A DNA stretch of 64,000 bases from an uncultured Pelagibacteraceae bacterium. GTDB taxonomy: Bacteria > Pseudomonadota > Alphaproteobacteria > Pelagibacterales > Pelagibacteraceae. This document shows positions 1-9,800 of the stretch, in pieces. The translations under genes and the position numbers were made by a program. Under the pieces are notes generated by a model, which saw only the letters and a program-made list of their open reading frames with translations, was not told the origin of the DNA and searched no databases. The first letter of the stretch is position 1; every line of letters begins with the position of its first letter. The stretch is taken from assembly GCA_902567785.1 (NCBI GenBank), contig CACFOR010000004.1, forward strand, positions 25,890 through 89,889, given 5' to 3'.

Positions 1-2693
1 TGGAAAAGAAAGAAATACCCAAAAAAATTCCAGCCCGCTCTAATGGTTCAGATATTGATCCAATAGAAACTAAAGAGTGGTTAGATTCATTACATGCTGT
101 TATTACACAAGACGGATCCGAACGAGCTCATTATTTGTTAAAAAAACTAATTGATGAAGCTTATAAAGAAGGTTCTAACAGACCTTTAACTAGAATTACT
201 CCTTATATAAATAGTATATCCGCAGAATCTGAAGTCAAATCTCCAGGTGATCAAAATATAGAAAGAAGAATTAGATCTTTGATTAGATGGAATGCTGCAG
301 CCATGGTAGTTAAGGCGAACAAAAAAAATCCTGAACTTGGGGGCCACATAGGAACTTTTGCTTCTGCAGCCACGCTTTATGATGTAGGAATGAACCATTT
401 CTGGAGAGCAAAAAACAATAAATTTGGTGGAGATTTAATTTATTTTCAAGGTCATAGTGCACCAGGTATGTATGCTAGAGCTTTTTTAGAAGGCAGACTT
501 ACAGCTGAGCAGCTTGGCAACTTTAGACAGGAAGTTGGAGTTAATGGACTTTCATCTTACCCTCATCCGTGGCTGATGCCTAAATTTTGGCAATTTCCAA
601 CTGTGTCAATGGGGTTAGGTCCTATTCTTTCAATCTATCAAGCAAGATTTACTAAGTATTTAATTAACAGAGGTTTATTAAAAGAAGAGAACAGAAAAAT
701 TTGGGCTTTTCTTGGTGATGGAGAAATGGATGAACCGGAGTCTTTGGGAGCAATTAGTTTAGCTTCAAGAGAAAAACTAGATAATTTAATATTTGTTATT
801 AATTGTAACTTACAAAGACTAGATGGTCCTGTCAGAGGAAATGGAAAAATTATTCAAGAGCTAGAGGGACTTTTTAGAGGAGCAGGATGGAATGTGATCA
901 AAGTAGTATGGGGATCTTATTGGGATCCCTTGCTAGCAAAAGATAAAACAGGGTTATTGATAAAAAGAATGAACGAATGTGTTGATGGAGAATATCAGGC
1001 ATTTAAAGCAAAAGGTGGTTCCTATGTTAGAGAAAATTTTTTTGGAAAATATCCTGAGTTAAAGGAACTAGTATCTACAATGACTGATAGAGATGTGTGG
1101 AAGCTGAATAGGGGTGGTCACGATCCTCATAAAGTATATGCAGCTTATCACGAAGCAATAAAAACAAAAGGTCAACCAACCGTCATTCTAGCCAAAACAA
1201 TCAAAGGTTACGGTATGGGTAAATCTGGAGAAAGTATTAATACAACCCACCAACAAAAAAAACTAGGAGAAGAAGATTTGCTCTACTATAGAGATCGATT
1301 TGATATTCCTCTTACGGACAAACAAGTAAAGGATATAGAATTTTATAAGCCCAAAGAAAATTCTGAAGAAATTAAATATATTAAAGAAAGAAGAATGAAG
1401 CTAGGAGGTAACTTGCCCGAAAGAAGTTCTTATGCAAAACCAATTAAAAAACCAGGAAAAGATATTTTTGAAAATATGATGAAATCTTCTGGTAGTCGCG
1501 AAATGTCTACCACAATGTCTTTAGTAAGAATGTTAACAAGTTTACTGAGAGATAAAAATATAGCACCAAGATTAGTGCCAATAATACCCGATGAAGCAAG
1601 AACTTTTGGAATGGAGGGGTTTTTTCAAAAAATTGGAATTTATGCCCATGAGGGCCAAAAATATGAACCAGTAGATGCTGAACAGCTTAGTACATACAAA
1701 GAAGACAAAAAAGGACAAGTGTTAGAAGAAGGAATTACCGAATCGGGTGCTTTATCTTCTTGGATAGCTGCCGGGACTTCATATACTAACCACGATCTGG
1801 AAATGATTCCAATTTACACTTTTTATTCTATGTTTGGATTTCAAAGAGTAATGGATCTTATTTGGTCTGCTGGAGATTCTCAGACCAGAGGTTTTTTGAT
1901 AGGGGCGACCGCAGGAAGAACTACTTTGGCTGGAGAAGGATTACAACATCAAGATGGCCATAGTCATTTGCTTGCTTCAACGATACCAAATTGTATTAGT
2001 TATGACCCAACATTTGCTTATGAATTAGCAGTTATTTTAAGAGAAGGTCTAACAAGAATGCACGATAATCAAGAAAATATTTTTTACTACATAACTGTTA
2101 TGAATGAAAATTACAAACATCCCACGATACCAAAAGATTGTGAAAAAGGAATCCTGAAAGGAATGTATCTGTTTAAAGAGTTTAACAACAAAGGTAAAAT
2201 AAAAATCCAACTATTAGGATGTGGAACAATTTTGAGAGAGATGATATCTGCTGCAGAAGTTTTAAGCAAAGAATATAATATTGATAGCGATGTTTGGAGC
2301 GTCACAAGCTTTAATGAATTAAGAAAAAATGGTATGGAAACTGAGAGAAAAAATCTATTAAATCCTGACCAAAAACCAGAGAAAAGCTATGTAGAGAAAT
2401 GCTTAAGTAAAAGAGATGGACCAATAATTGCAGCGTCCGATTACATCAGAACTTACGCAGATCAAATTAGACCTTACATTTCTAAACCTTTCTATTCTTT
2501 TGGTACTGATGGTTATGGAAGAAGTGATAGTAGAAAAAAACTAAGAAAATTCTTTGAAGTAGATAAAGAGCATATTGTAGCCTACACTTTAAGTGCGTTG
2601 GCTAAAGAACAGCTTATTCCATCAAAACAGGCTGAGAAAGCTATTAAAAAATATAATATTGATAAGAATAAACCTATTCCAACAGAATTATAA
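1..2693 (+). CDS. aceE: Pyruvate dehydrogenase E1 component, homodimeric AceE type (5' end at or 1 nt beyond window edge)
   Basis: The ORF track entry 135..2693 starts at an internal TTG. The same frame stays open back to nt 3 and reads ...DIDPIETKEWLDSLHAVITQDGSERAHYLL, an AceE-like N-terminus. Window nt 1-2 'tg' could complete an ATG. A ThDP-binding GDGEMDEPE motif is present. Confidence 0.9.
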   Translation, partial: EKKEIPKKIPARSNGSDIDPIETKEWLDSLHAVITQDGSERAHYLLKKLIDEAYKEGSNRPLTRITPYINSISAESEVKSPGDQNIERRIRSLIRWNAAAMVVKANKKNPELGGHIGTFASAATLYDVGMNHFWRAKNNKFGGDLIYFQGHSAPGMYARAFLEGRLTAEQLGNFRQEVGVNGLSSYPHPWLMPKFWQFPTVSMGLGPILSIYQARFTKYLINRGLLKEENRKIWAFLGDGEMDEPESLGAISLASREKLDNLIFVINCNLQRLDGPVRGNGKIIQELEGLFRGAGWNVIKVVWGSYWDPLLAKDKTGLLIKRMNECVDGEYQAFKAKGGSYVRENFFGKYPELKELVSTMTDRDVWKLNRGGHDPHKVYAAYHEAIKTKGQPTVILAKTIKGYGMGKSGESINTTHQQKKLGEEDLLYYRDRFDIPLTDKQVKDIEFYKPKENSEEIKYIKERRMKLGGNLPERSSYAKPIKKPGKDIFENMMKSSGSREMSTTMSLVRMLTSLLRDKNIAPRLVPIIPDEARTFGMEGFFQKIGIYAHEGQKYEPVDAEQLSTYKEDKKGQVLEEGITESGALSSWIAAGTSYTNHDLEMIPIYTFYSMFGFQRVMDLIWSAGDSQTRGFLIGATAGRTTLAGEGLQHQDGHSHLLASTIPNCISYDPTFAYELAVILREGLTRMHDNQENIFYYITVMNENYKHPTIPKDCEKGILKGMYLFKEFNNKGKIKIQLLGCGTILREMISAAEVLSKEYNIDSDVWSVTSFNELRKNGMETERKNLLNPDQKPEKSYVEKCLSKRDGPIIAASDYIRTYADQIRPYISKPFYSFGTDGYGRSDSRKKLRKFFEVDKEHIVAYTLSALAKEQLIPSKQAEKAIKKYNIDKNKPIPTEL

Positions 2694-2695
2694 AT

Positions 2696-3607
2696 ATGGC
2701 TGACAAGAAAGAAATAATTAGCGCAAGTCCAAAGGTCAGAAAATTGGCAAGAGAATTTGGTGCTAACATATATCAAATCAAGGGATCTCAGAGAGAAGGG
2801 AGAGTTTCAGAAGAAGATGTAAAATCATTTATAAAAGAATCAATTTCAGGAGAAATTAAAAAAAAACAAACACCAATATCTCAACAGTATGATCATTCTG
2901 AATTTGGTGAAATTCATATAAAACCATTACCTAGAGTAAAAAAAATAGCAGGACCGCATCTAGAAAAATCGTGGAGTGAAATACCACATGTTACACAGCA
3001 TGATGAAGCAGATATTACTGAAATGGAGCAATTTAGAAAAACTTTAAGAGATTTATACACGGGTGAAAAACTTTCTATTACACCATTAGCATTTATTATT
3101 AGAGCAGTAGTGAAGGCGTTAAAAGAATATCCAAATTTTAATTCATCTTTGGATTTAAAAAAAGAGAATCTTGTTTATAAAAAATATTTTCATATAGGGA
3201 TAGCTGTTGACACACCACATGGATTAATGGTGCCAAAGATTAGAGATGTTGATAAAAAGGATATAACCGAGTTGGGCAATGAATTGAAAAAAATTACAAA
3301 ACTTTCCAGAGAGCTAAAGATTAATAAAAAAGAATTATTTGGAGGATCAATGACAATTTCAAGCCTAGGAAGTATTGGTGGAAGTTTTTTTACACCAATT
3401 ATTAATCAGCCAGAAGTAGCTATTCTTGGGATTGGAAGGGCAACAACTAAACAAGTATTTATGGGAAATAAATATGAAAATAGAATTATGCTTCCATTAT
3501 CATTATCCTATGATCATAGAGTTATTGATGGAGCAGAAGGTGCTCGTTTTTGTGTTCATTTAAAAGAAAGTCTAGGCAAAGATTTTGCATATAAATTAGC
3601 GGTATAG
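2696..3607 (+). CDS. aceF: Dihydrolipoamide acyltransferase (E2) with only a peripheral-subunit-binding domain and catalytic domain; no lipoyl domain
   Basis: 303 aa. The N-terminus has a PSBD-like segment (SASPKVRKLAREFGANIYQIKGSQREGRVSEEDV). The C-terminus has the 2-oxoacid dehydrogenase acyltransferase active site (SYDHRVIDGAEGARF). It starts 3 nt after the aceE stop. Confidence 0.8.
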   Translation: MADKKEIISASPKVRKLAREFGANIYQIKGSQREGRVSEEDVKSFIKESISGEIKKKQTPISQQYDHSEFGEIHIKPLPRVKKIAGPHLEKSWSEIPHVTQHDEADITEMEQFRKTLRDLYTGEKLSITPLAFIIRAVVKALKEYPNFNSSLDLKKENLVYKKYFHIGIAVDTPHGLMVPKIRDVDKKDITELGNELKKITKLSRELKINKKELFGGSMTISSLGSIGGSFFTPIINQPEVAILGIGRATTKQVFMGNKYENRIMLPLSLSYDHRVIDGAEGARFCVHLKESLGKDFAYKLAV

Positions 3608-3617
3608 TTTTTACTTT

Positions 3618-4511
3618 ATGAAAAAAATAATATCGTTTATTTGTTTATTTGTTTGCACATTAATTTGGGGAACTACCTTTATTGCACAAGATCAGGGCAT
3701 GGATAATATAGGTCCCTTTACTTTTAATAGTGTAAGATTTTATGTTGGTTTCCTAGCTGTGGCTCCTTTCGTTTTTTTATTTGAGAGAAAAAAAATAAAG
3801 TATCAAATCAACAACAAGACATCTGAATTCATAAAACTTTCAATTCCAATAGGAATATTTTTAACTTTAGGATGTATTTTTCAACAAGTATCTTTGCTTT
3901 ATACAGATGTAGCCAATTCTGCTTTTTTTACAATTTTTTACGTACCAATGGTTCCTATTATTGTTTATTTTTTATTTTCCGAGAAATTACATTGGTCGAT
4001 ATGGCCATCTGTGTTTGCATGTGTAATTGGTGGTTATTTTTTAAGTGATATTAATAATGTCGAAGTTAGATTTGGAGATACATTAGTTTTAATTGGTGCT
4101 GTATTCTGGGCATTGCATATTATTTATATTGGAAAAATTATCCGAAAATTTGATTTACCTTACTTCATTGCTTTAGTGCAAAATCTAATAGTAGCGACCT
4201 TATCTTTTATACTTGTTTTAATATTTGAGGAAATTGATTTTTCAAAAATTAAATTAGAAACAATAGAAATTTTATATGCAGGAATTTTGTCGGGAGGAGT
4301 CGCATTTGCTTTACAAATTTTTGGTCAAAAAAATATTTCATCAGCTCCAGCCGCAATAGTTATGTCGTTAGAAGGGGTTGTTGCGGCAATAGCAGCTTGG
4401 ATAATTCTAAATCAAATTTTAGGCTTTAATAATATAGTTGGCTGCTTATTTATTCTAGGTGGTATTTTGTTATCTCAGTTAGCCCCAATTTATGAAAAAA
4501 ATTATAAATAG
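3618..4511 (+). CDS. EamA/DMT-family permease
   Basis: 297 aa and highly hydrophobic. It shows about 10 TM segments in two similar halves, typical of the drug/metabolite transporter superfamily. Confidence 0.7.
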   Translation: MKKIISFICLFVCTLIWGTTFIAQDQGMDNIGPFTFNSVRFYVGFLAVAPFVFLFERKKIKYQINNKTSEFIKLSIPIGIFLTLGCIFQQVSLLYTDVANSAFFTIFYVPMVPIIVYFLFSEKLHWSIWPSVFACVIGGYFLSDINNVEVRFGDTLVLIGAVFWALHIIYIGKIIRKFDLPYFIALVQNLIVATLSFILVLIFEEIDFSKIKLETIEILYAGILSGGVAFALQIFGQKNISSAPAAIVMSLEGVVAAIAAWIILNQILGFNNIVGCLFILGGILLSQLAPIYEKNYK

Positions 4512-5272
4512 ACAAAAGAAAGTATTAATATAGAAATAATTATTCGATAAATAACAAATATTTTTAAACTAAATTTTCTAATGAAATTTAAAAAAATAGC
4601 AATTGTTAAATAAGAAAAGGCGAAAGAAAATATTACTGCTATAATAGCCAAAAAGTTAAGTTCTGAACTTCCTTCCTTATAAATATTGTAAATTCCTAAT
4701 ATGCTTGCAGCGAATAATGTTGGTATTGATAATAAAAAAGAAATTTTAGCAGAATCAAATCTATTAAAACCTAATAATCTACCAGAAGTAATTGTAATTC
4801 CAGCTCTACTTACACCAGGGATTAATGCTAGTATTTGAAATAATCCAATTGTAATTGCTGATTTAACTGAAAATTGTGTATCAATTTTTTTATTTATTTT
4901 GGATTTGTCACTTATATATAATAATATACCAAAAATTAAACTCATCCAGCCTATGATCTCAAGATTTCTCAATTGGTTAATTATACCAGTTTGATAAAAA
5001 ATATAACCCACTGGAATGATTGGAAGAGTCCCGATAAGAATTTTAATTAAAAAATTTCTATTTTTTATAAAATTAAATAAATCATTTCTGAAATAAAATA
5101 TAACTGCTAGTAACGATCCCAAATGTAAACAAATATCAATTAGTAAATTTTGGTTAGTGAAAGCATAGTATTTTGAAACTAAAACTAAATGAGCTAAAGA
5201 GCTTATCGGAAGAAATTCTGAGACTCCTTGAATTATAGAAAGAATTAATATTTCAATAGAAGAAAGCATCAA
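4502..5272 (-). CDS. uppP: Undecaprenyl-diphosphate phosphatase (BacA/UppP)
   Basis: 256 aa polytopic membrane protein with the SEFLPISSLAHL motif and a PGVSRAG motif characteristic of UppP. Confidence 0.85.
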   Translation of the reverse strand: MMLSSIEILILSIIQGVSEFLPISSLAHLVLVSKYYAFTNQNLLIDICLHLGSLLAVIFYFRNDLFNFIKNRNFLIKILIGTLPIIPVGYIFYQTGIINQLRNLEIIGWMSLIFGILLYISDKSKINKKIDTQFSVKSAITIGLFQILALIPGVSRAGITITSGRLLGFNRFDSAKISFLLSIPTLFAASILGIYNIYKEGSSELNFLAIIAVIFSFAFSYLTIAIFLNFIRKFSLKIFVIYRIIISILILSFVYL

Positions 5273-5280
5273 TTACCACT

Positions 5281-5301
5281 ATTGCATAGCTGTTATGCAA
5301 T
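5281..5301. promoter_or_regulatory. Perfect 8-5-8 inverted repeat ATTGCATA-gctgt-TATGCAAT in the uppP/gltD divergent intergenic region (candidate operator)
   Basis: Read directly from the sequence. It lies between the divergent starts of uppP (5272) and gltD (5412). Confidence 0.3.
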
Positions 5302-5411
5302 ATAAATCACTAATTTCCTTGATTTTTTAAAATATATGTCAGTATTTATGTCCTAAAAGTGCTTTTAGCCCCATATATATTGATATAAAAACAATCACTG
5401 AAAGATAATTT

Positions 5412-6851
5412 ATGTCTGAAAAGATGCTTAAATTTGTAAATGTTGGTTTGCAAACACCAAATAAAAGGGATGTTGATAAAAGAGTTGATGACTTTAAAGA
5501 AATTTACGATGAGTTTATCAATGAAAAGGCCAAGGAACAATCAAGCAGATGTTCCCAATGCGGTGTTCCATTTTGTCAAGTTCATTGTCCCTTACATAAT
5601 AATATTCCGGATTGGTTAAAACTTACTGCAGAAAATAGAATAGAAGAAGCTAACGAATTAGCACATAGCACAAACAATATGCCAGAAGTTTGCGGCCGTA
5701 TTTGCCCACAAGATCGTTTATGTGAAGGGAATTGTGTTATAGAACAATCAGGTCACGGAACAGTAACAATAGGTTCTGTAGAAAAATATATAACAGACAC
5801 GGCATGGGAAAAAGGGTGGATTAAACCTATAAAAATTAAAAAAGAAATTGATCAATCAGTTGGAATTATTGGAGCTGGTCCAGCAGGGTTAGCTTGTGCT
5901 GAACAACTTAGAAAATTGGGATATAAAATAACCGTCTATGATCGTTATGATAGACCTGGGGGTTTATTAATTTATGGAATACCAAATTTTAAACTAGAAA
6001 AATTTGTTGTAGAAAGACGAACTAATCTTTTAAAAGAAAGTGGAATCAAATTTGTACAAAATATAGAAATAGGCAGAGATAAATCTCTTCAAGAATTAAG
6101 TGATAAACATGATGCCATTTTAATTTCTACAGGTGTTTATAAACCCAGAGAAGTAAATTTGCCAGGAAATAATTTAGAAAATATTTTTCCAGCAATGGAA
6201 TTTCTTACGGCTTCTAACCGCAAGGGTTTAGGAGATAAAGTTGAAAAATTTGACAATGGATTACTTAATGCAGAACATAAAAATGTTGTTGTTATTGGTG
6301 GTGGAGATACAGCAATGGATTGCGTAAGAACTGCCGTAAGACAAAACGCAAAATCTGTTAAATGCCTTTACCGAAGAGACAGAAAGAATATGCCTGGATC
6401 TGCAAGGGAAGTATATAATGCAGAGGAAGAAGGTGTAGAATTTATTTGGCTTTCAAATCCAAAAAAGTTTAGTGGAACAAAAAAAATTTCATCAGTTTTA
6501 GTTGAAAAAATGAAACTTGGTGAGCCAGATTCATCTGGTAGACAAAAGCCAGAATCTATAAAAAATTCTGATTTTGAAATTAAAGCTGATATAGTAATTA
6601 AAGCTTTAGGCTTTGATCCTGAAAATTTACCTGTTCTTTTTAAACATCCTAGTCTTCAAGTTTCAAAATGGGGAACTATTAAAATTAATTTAAAATCAAT
6701 GGAAACTAATATTCAAGGTGTCTTTGCAGCAGGAGATATAGTAAGAGGCGCGTCACTAGTTGTATGGGCAATTAGAGATGGTAGGGAAGCGGCAATAGCC
6801 ATCAATGAATATTTAAAATTTAAACAATTTAAAAAAACAGAAGCAGCATGA
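5412..6851 (+). CDS. gltD: Glutamate synthase (NADPH) small subunit
   Basis: 479 aa with an N-terminal Fe-S cysteine cluster (CSQCGVPFCQVHCP), GAGPAGLACA and GGGDTAMD dinucleotide folds. Its stop overlaps the gltB start (TGAATG). Confidence 0.9.
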   Translation: MSEKMLKFVNVGLQTPNKRDVDKRVDDFKEIYDEFINEKAKEQSSRCSQCGVPFCQVHCPLHNNIPDWLKLTAENRIEEANELAHSTNNMPEVCGRICPQDRLCEGNCVIEQSGHGTVTIGSVEKYITDTAWEKGWIKPIKIKKEIDQSVGIIGAGPAGLACAEQLRKLGYKITVYDRYDRPGGLLIYGIPNFKLEKFVVERRTNLLKESGIKFVQNIEIGRDKSLQELSDKHDAILISTGVYKPREVNLPGNNLENIFPAMEFLTASNRKGLGDKVEKFDNGLLNAEHKNVVVIGGGDTAMDCVRTAVRQNAKSVKCLYRRDRKNMPGSAREVYNAEEEGVEFIWLSNPKKFSGTKKISSVLVEKMKLGEPDSSGRQKPESIKNSDFEIKADIVIKALGFDPENLPVLFKHPSLQVSKWGTIKINLKSMETNIQGVFAAGDIVRGASLVVWAIRDGREAAIAINEYLKFKQFKKTEAA

Positions 6852-9800
6852 ATGGAATTATATAAAAAAAATTTAAAAAAATTAATACAAGGAAAAGTAT
6901 ATGATCCAAGTTTTGAACACGATGCTTGTGGAGTTGGTTTTATTGCATCCACTGAAGGTAAAAAATCACGAAAAGTAGTAGAATTTGGAATTCAAGCATT
7001 AAAAGCAGTTTGGCATCGAGGAGCTGTGGATGCAGATGGAAAAACTGGAGACGGAGCGGGTATACATGTTGAAATTCCCAAAGATTTTTTTATCGAAAGA
7101 ATTGAAAATGCTGGAAGAAAACATAAAGAAGGAATAATTTGTGTTGGCATGATATTTCTTCCAAGAAATGATTATGCTTCACAGGAAAAATGCAAAACAA
7201 TAGTGGAAAATGAATTACTTAGTAAAAATTATTATATTTATAGGTGGAGACAAGTTCCGGTTAATACAAAAGTTCTTGGAATCAAAGCTGAAAGTAATAG
7301 ACCAGAGATAGTACAGATTATTTTCAAGTCTAATAATAAAAGTTTAAAATCTGATGAACTTGAAAGGGAATTGTTTGTTGTCAGAAAGAAAATTGAAAAA
7401 CAATCAAATTTACAGAAAATAAAAGATTTTTATATAGCTTCTTTTAGTTCTAGATCCATTATTTATAAAGGTATGTTTTTGGCTGAAGCTTTATCAGAAT
7501 TTTACCCAGATTTATTAGATGAAAGATTTATTTCAAGATTTGCAATTTTTCATCAAAGATACTCAACAAATACCTTTCCAAGTTGGGATTTGGCTCAACC
7601 TTTTAGAACATTAGCCCACAATGGAGAAATTAATACAATAAAAGGAAATATTAATTGGATGAAAATTCACGAGAAAGATATGAATAGCAAACTTTTTGAG
7701 GAAATTGAATCTTTAAAGCCAGTTATTGGACTTGGAAATTCTGATTCTGCAGCTTTGGATAATGTTTTTGAATTACTAGTTAGATCAGGAAAATCCGTAC
7801 CACTCGCAAAACTTATGCTTATTCCAGATGCTTGGTCAAAAAGAAGAAAAACAGTTTCAAAAGCACATCAGCAATTATTTAATTTTTTAAATAGCACTAT
7901 CGAACCATGGGATGGGCCAGCCGCTATTGCAGCTACTGACGGAAAATGGATTATTGCCGCACAAGACAGAAATGGATTACGCCCTTTAAGATATACAATT
8001 ACTTCTGACAAGTTGTTATTTGCGGGTTCTGAAACTGGAATGATTTCTTTTCCAAACGAAAAAATTATTTTCAAAGGAAGACTTGGGCCAGGCCAGGCTA
8101 TTGCTATAGATTTTGAAAAAGGTCAGGTTCACGATAGCAAAAGTTTAAAAAATAAAATCTCAAAAGATTATAAAAAGTATAATAAGCAAATTATAGATTT
8201 GGATAAGAAATTTAATATTACGAAGGAAAAATTTATTTTTAGAGGAGAAGAATTGCGAAGACGCCAGTTTCTAGCTGGAATGAATGTCGAAGATATGGAA
8301 CTAATTTTACATCCAATGGTAGAGGATATAAAAGAAGCTGTAGGTTCGATGGGCGACGATACTCCTGCTGCTGTATTATCTGATAAATATAGACCTTTTG
8401 CGCATTTTTTTAGACAAAACTTTAGTCAGGTAACAAATCCACCAATCGATTCCTTAAGAGAAAATGAAGTTATGAGTTTAAAAACTCGCTTCGGTAATAC
8501 AGGAAACATACTTGATTTTGAAAATTTAACAGAAGAAAATATTTATGTTTTAGACAGCCCAGTATTATCAAACTCACAGTTCGAAAAATTTTTTGAGTTT
8601 TTTAAAAGAAATACTAAAATTCTTGATTGTACTTTTAATATAAAGGATGGTTTAAAAAAAAGGTTAGAAGATCTGCGTTTAGAAGCAGAAACTTCTGTAC
8701 GCGAAGGAGGAAAACACTTGATATTAAGTGATAAAGGAACTGATGAAAAAAAAGCACCAATACCAATGGCTTTAGCCATTGGAGCTATTAATTCAAGACT
8801 TGTAAATATGGGTATCAGGGGTTTTGCTTCAATTAATGTTCAAACCTCAGAAGTTTTAGACACGCACTCTTTTGCTGTTTTATTAGGTGTTGGAGCTACA
8901 ACGGTAAATCCTTACATTGCTTTTGATTCTATTTACCAAAGATATGAAAAAAAATTATTTGGAAAACTTAGTTTTAAAGAATGTGTCGAGAGATATGTAA
9001 AATCAGTAGATAACGGTTTGTTGAAAATAATGTCTAAAATGGGTATCTCAGTTTTAAGTGCTTATAGAGGTGGATGCAATTTTGAAGCTGTCGGACTAAG
9101 TAGATCAGTTGTAGCTGAGTATTTTCCAGGCATGATATCTAGAATATCGGGCATAGGAATTATCGGTATTGAGAAAAAAATAAAAAAACTTCACCAAAAA
9201 GCTTTTGAAAAAAATATTTCAATTCTTCCAATTGGTGGAATTTACAAGTACAGAAAAAATGGCGAAACCCACCAATACCAAGGAAATTTAATTCATACAT
9301 TGCAGTCTGCAGTAAGTTCTAATTCTTATGAGGTGTACAAAAAATATGCAGAGGGAATTTATAACTTACCCATAATAAATTTACGAGATCTTTTAGAGTT
9401 TAAAAAATTAAATAAATCTGTAAGTCTTGAAGAAGTTGAAAGTATTGAAAGTATTAGGAAAAGATTTGGAAGCGGAAGTATGTCACACGGAGCTTTGTCT
9501 TCCGAAGCACATGAAACTTTAGCTATCGGAATGAATAGAATGGGAGCTGCTTCCTGTAGTGGAGAGGGAGGAGAAGACCAAAAGAGATTCATAAGAAAAG
9601 AAAATGGAGATAGTTCAAATTCAAAAATTAAACAGATAGCCTCCGCACGATTTGGAGTGACAATAGAATATTTAAATAATTGTAAAGAAATTGAAATCAA
9701 GATTGCACAAGGAGCTAAACCTGGTGAAGGCGGACAACTTCCTGGTTTTAAAGTATCGAAAGAAATTGCAAAATTAAGGCATTCTACACCAGGAGTAACT

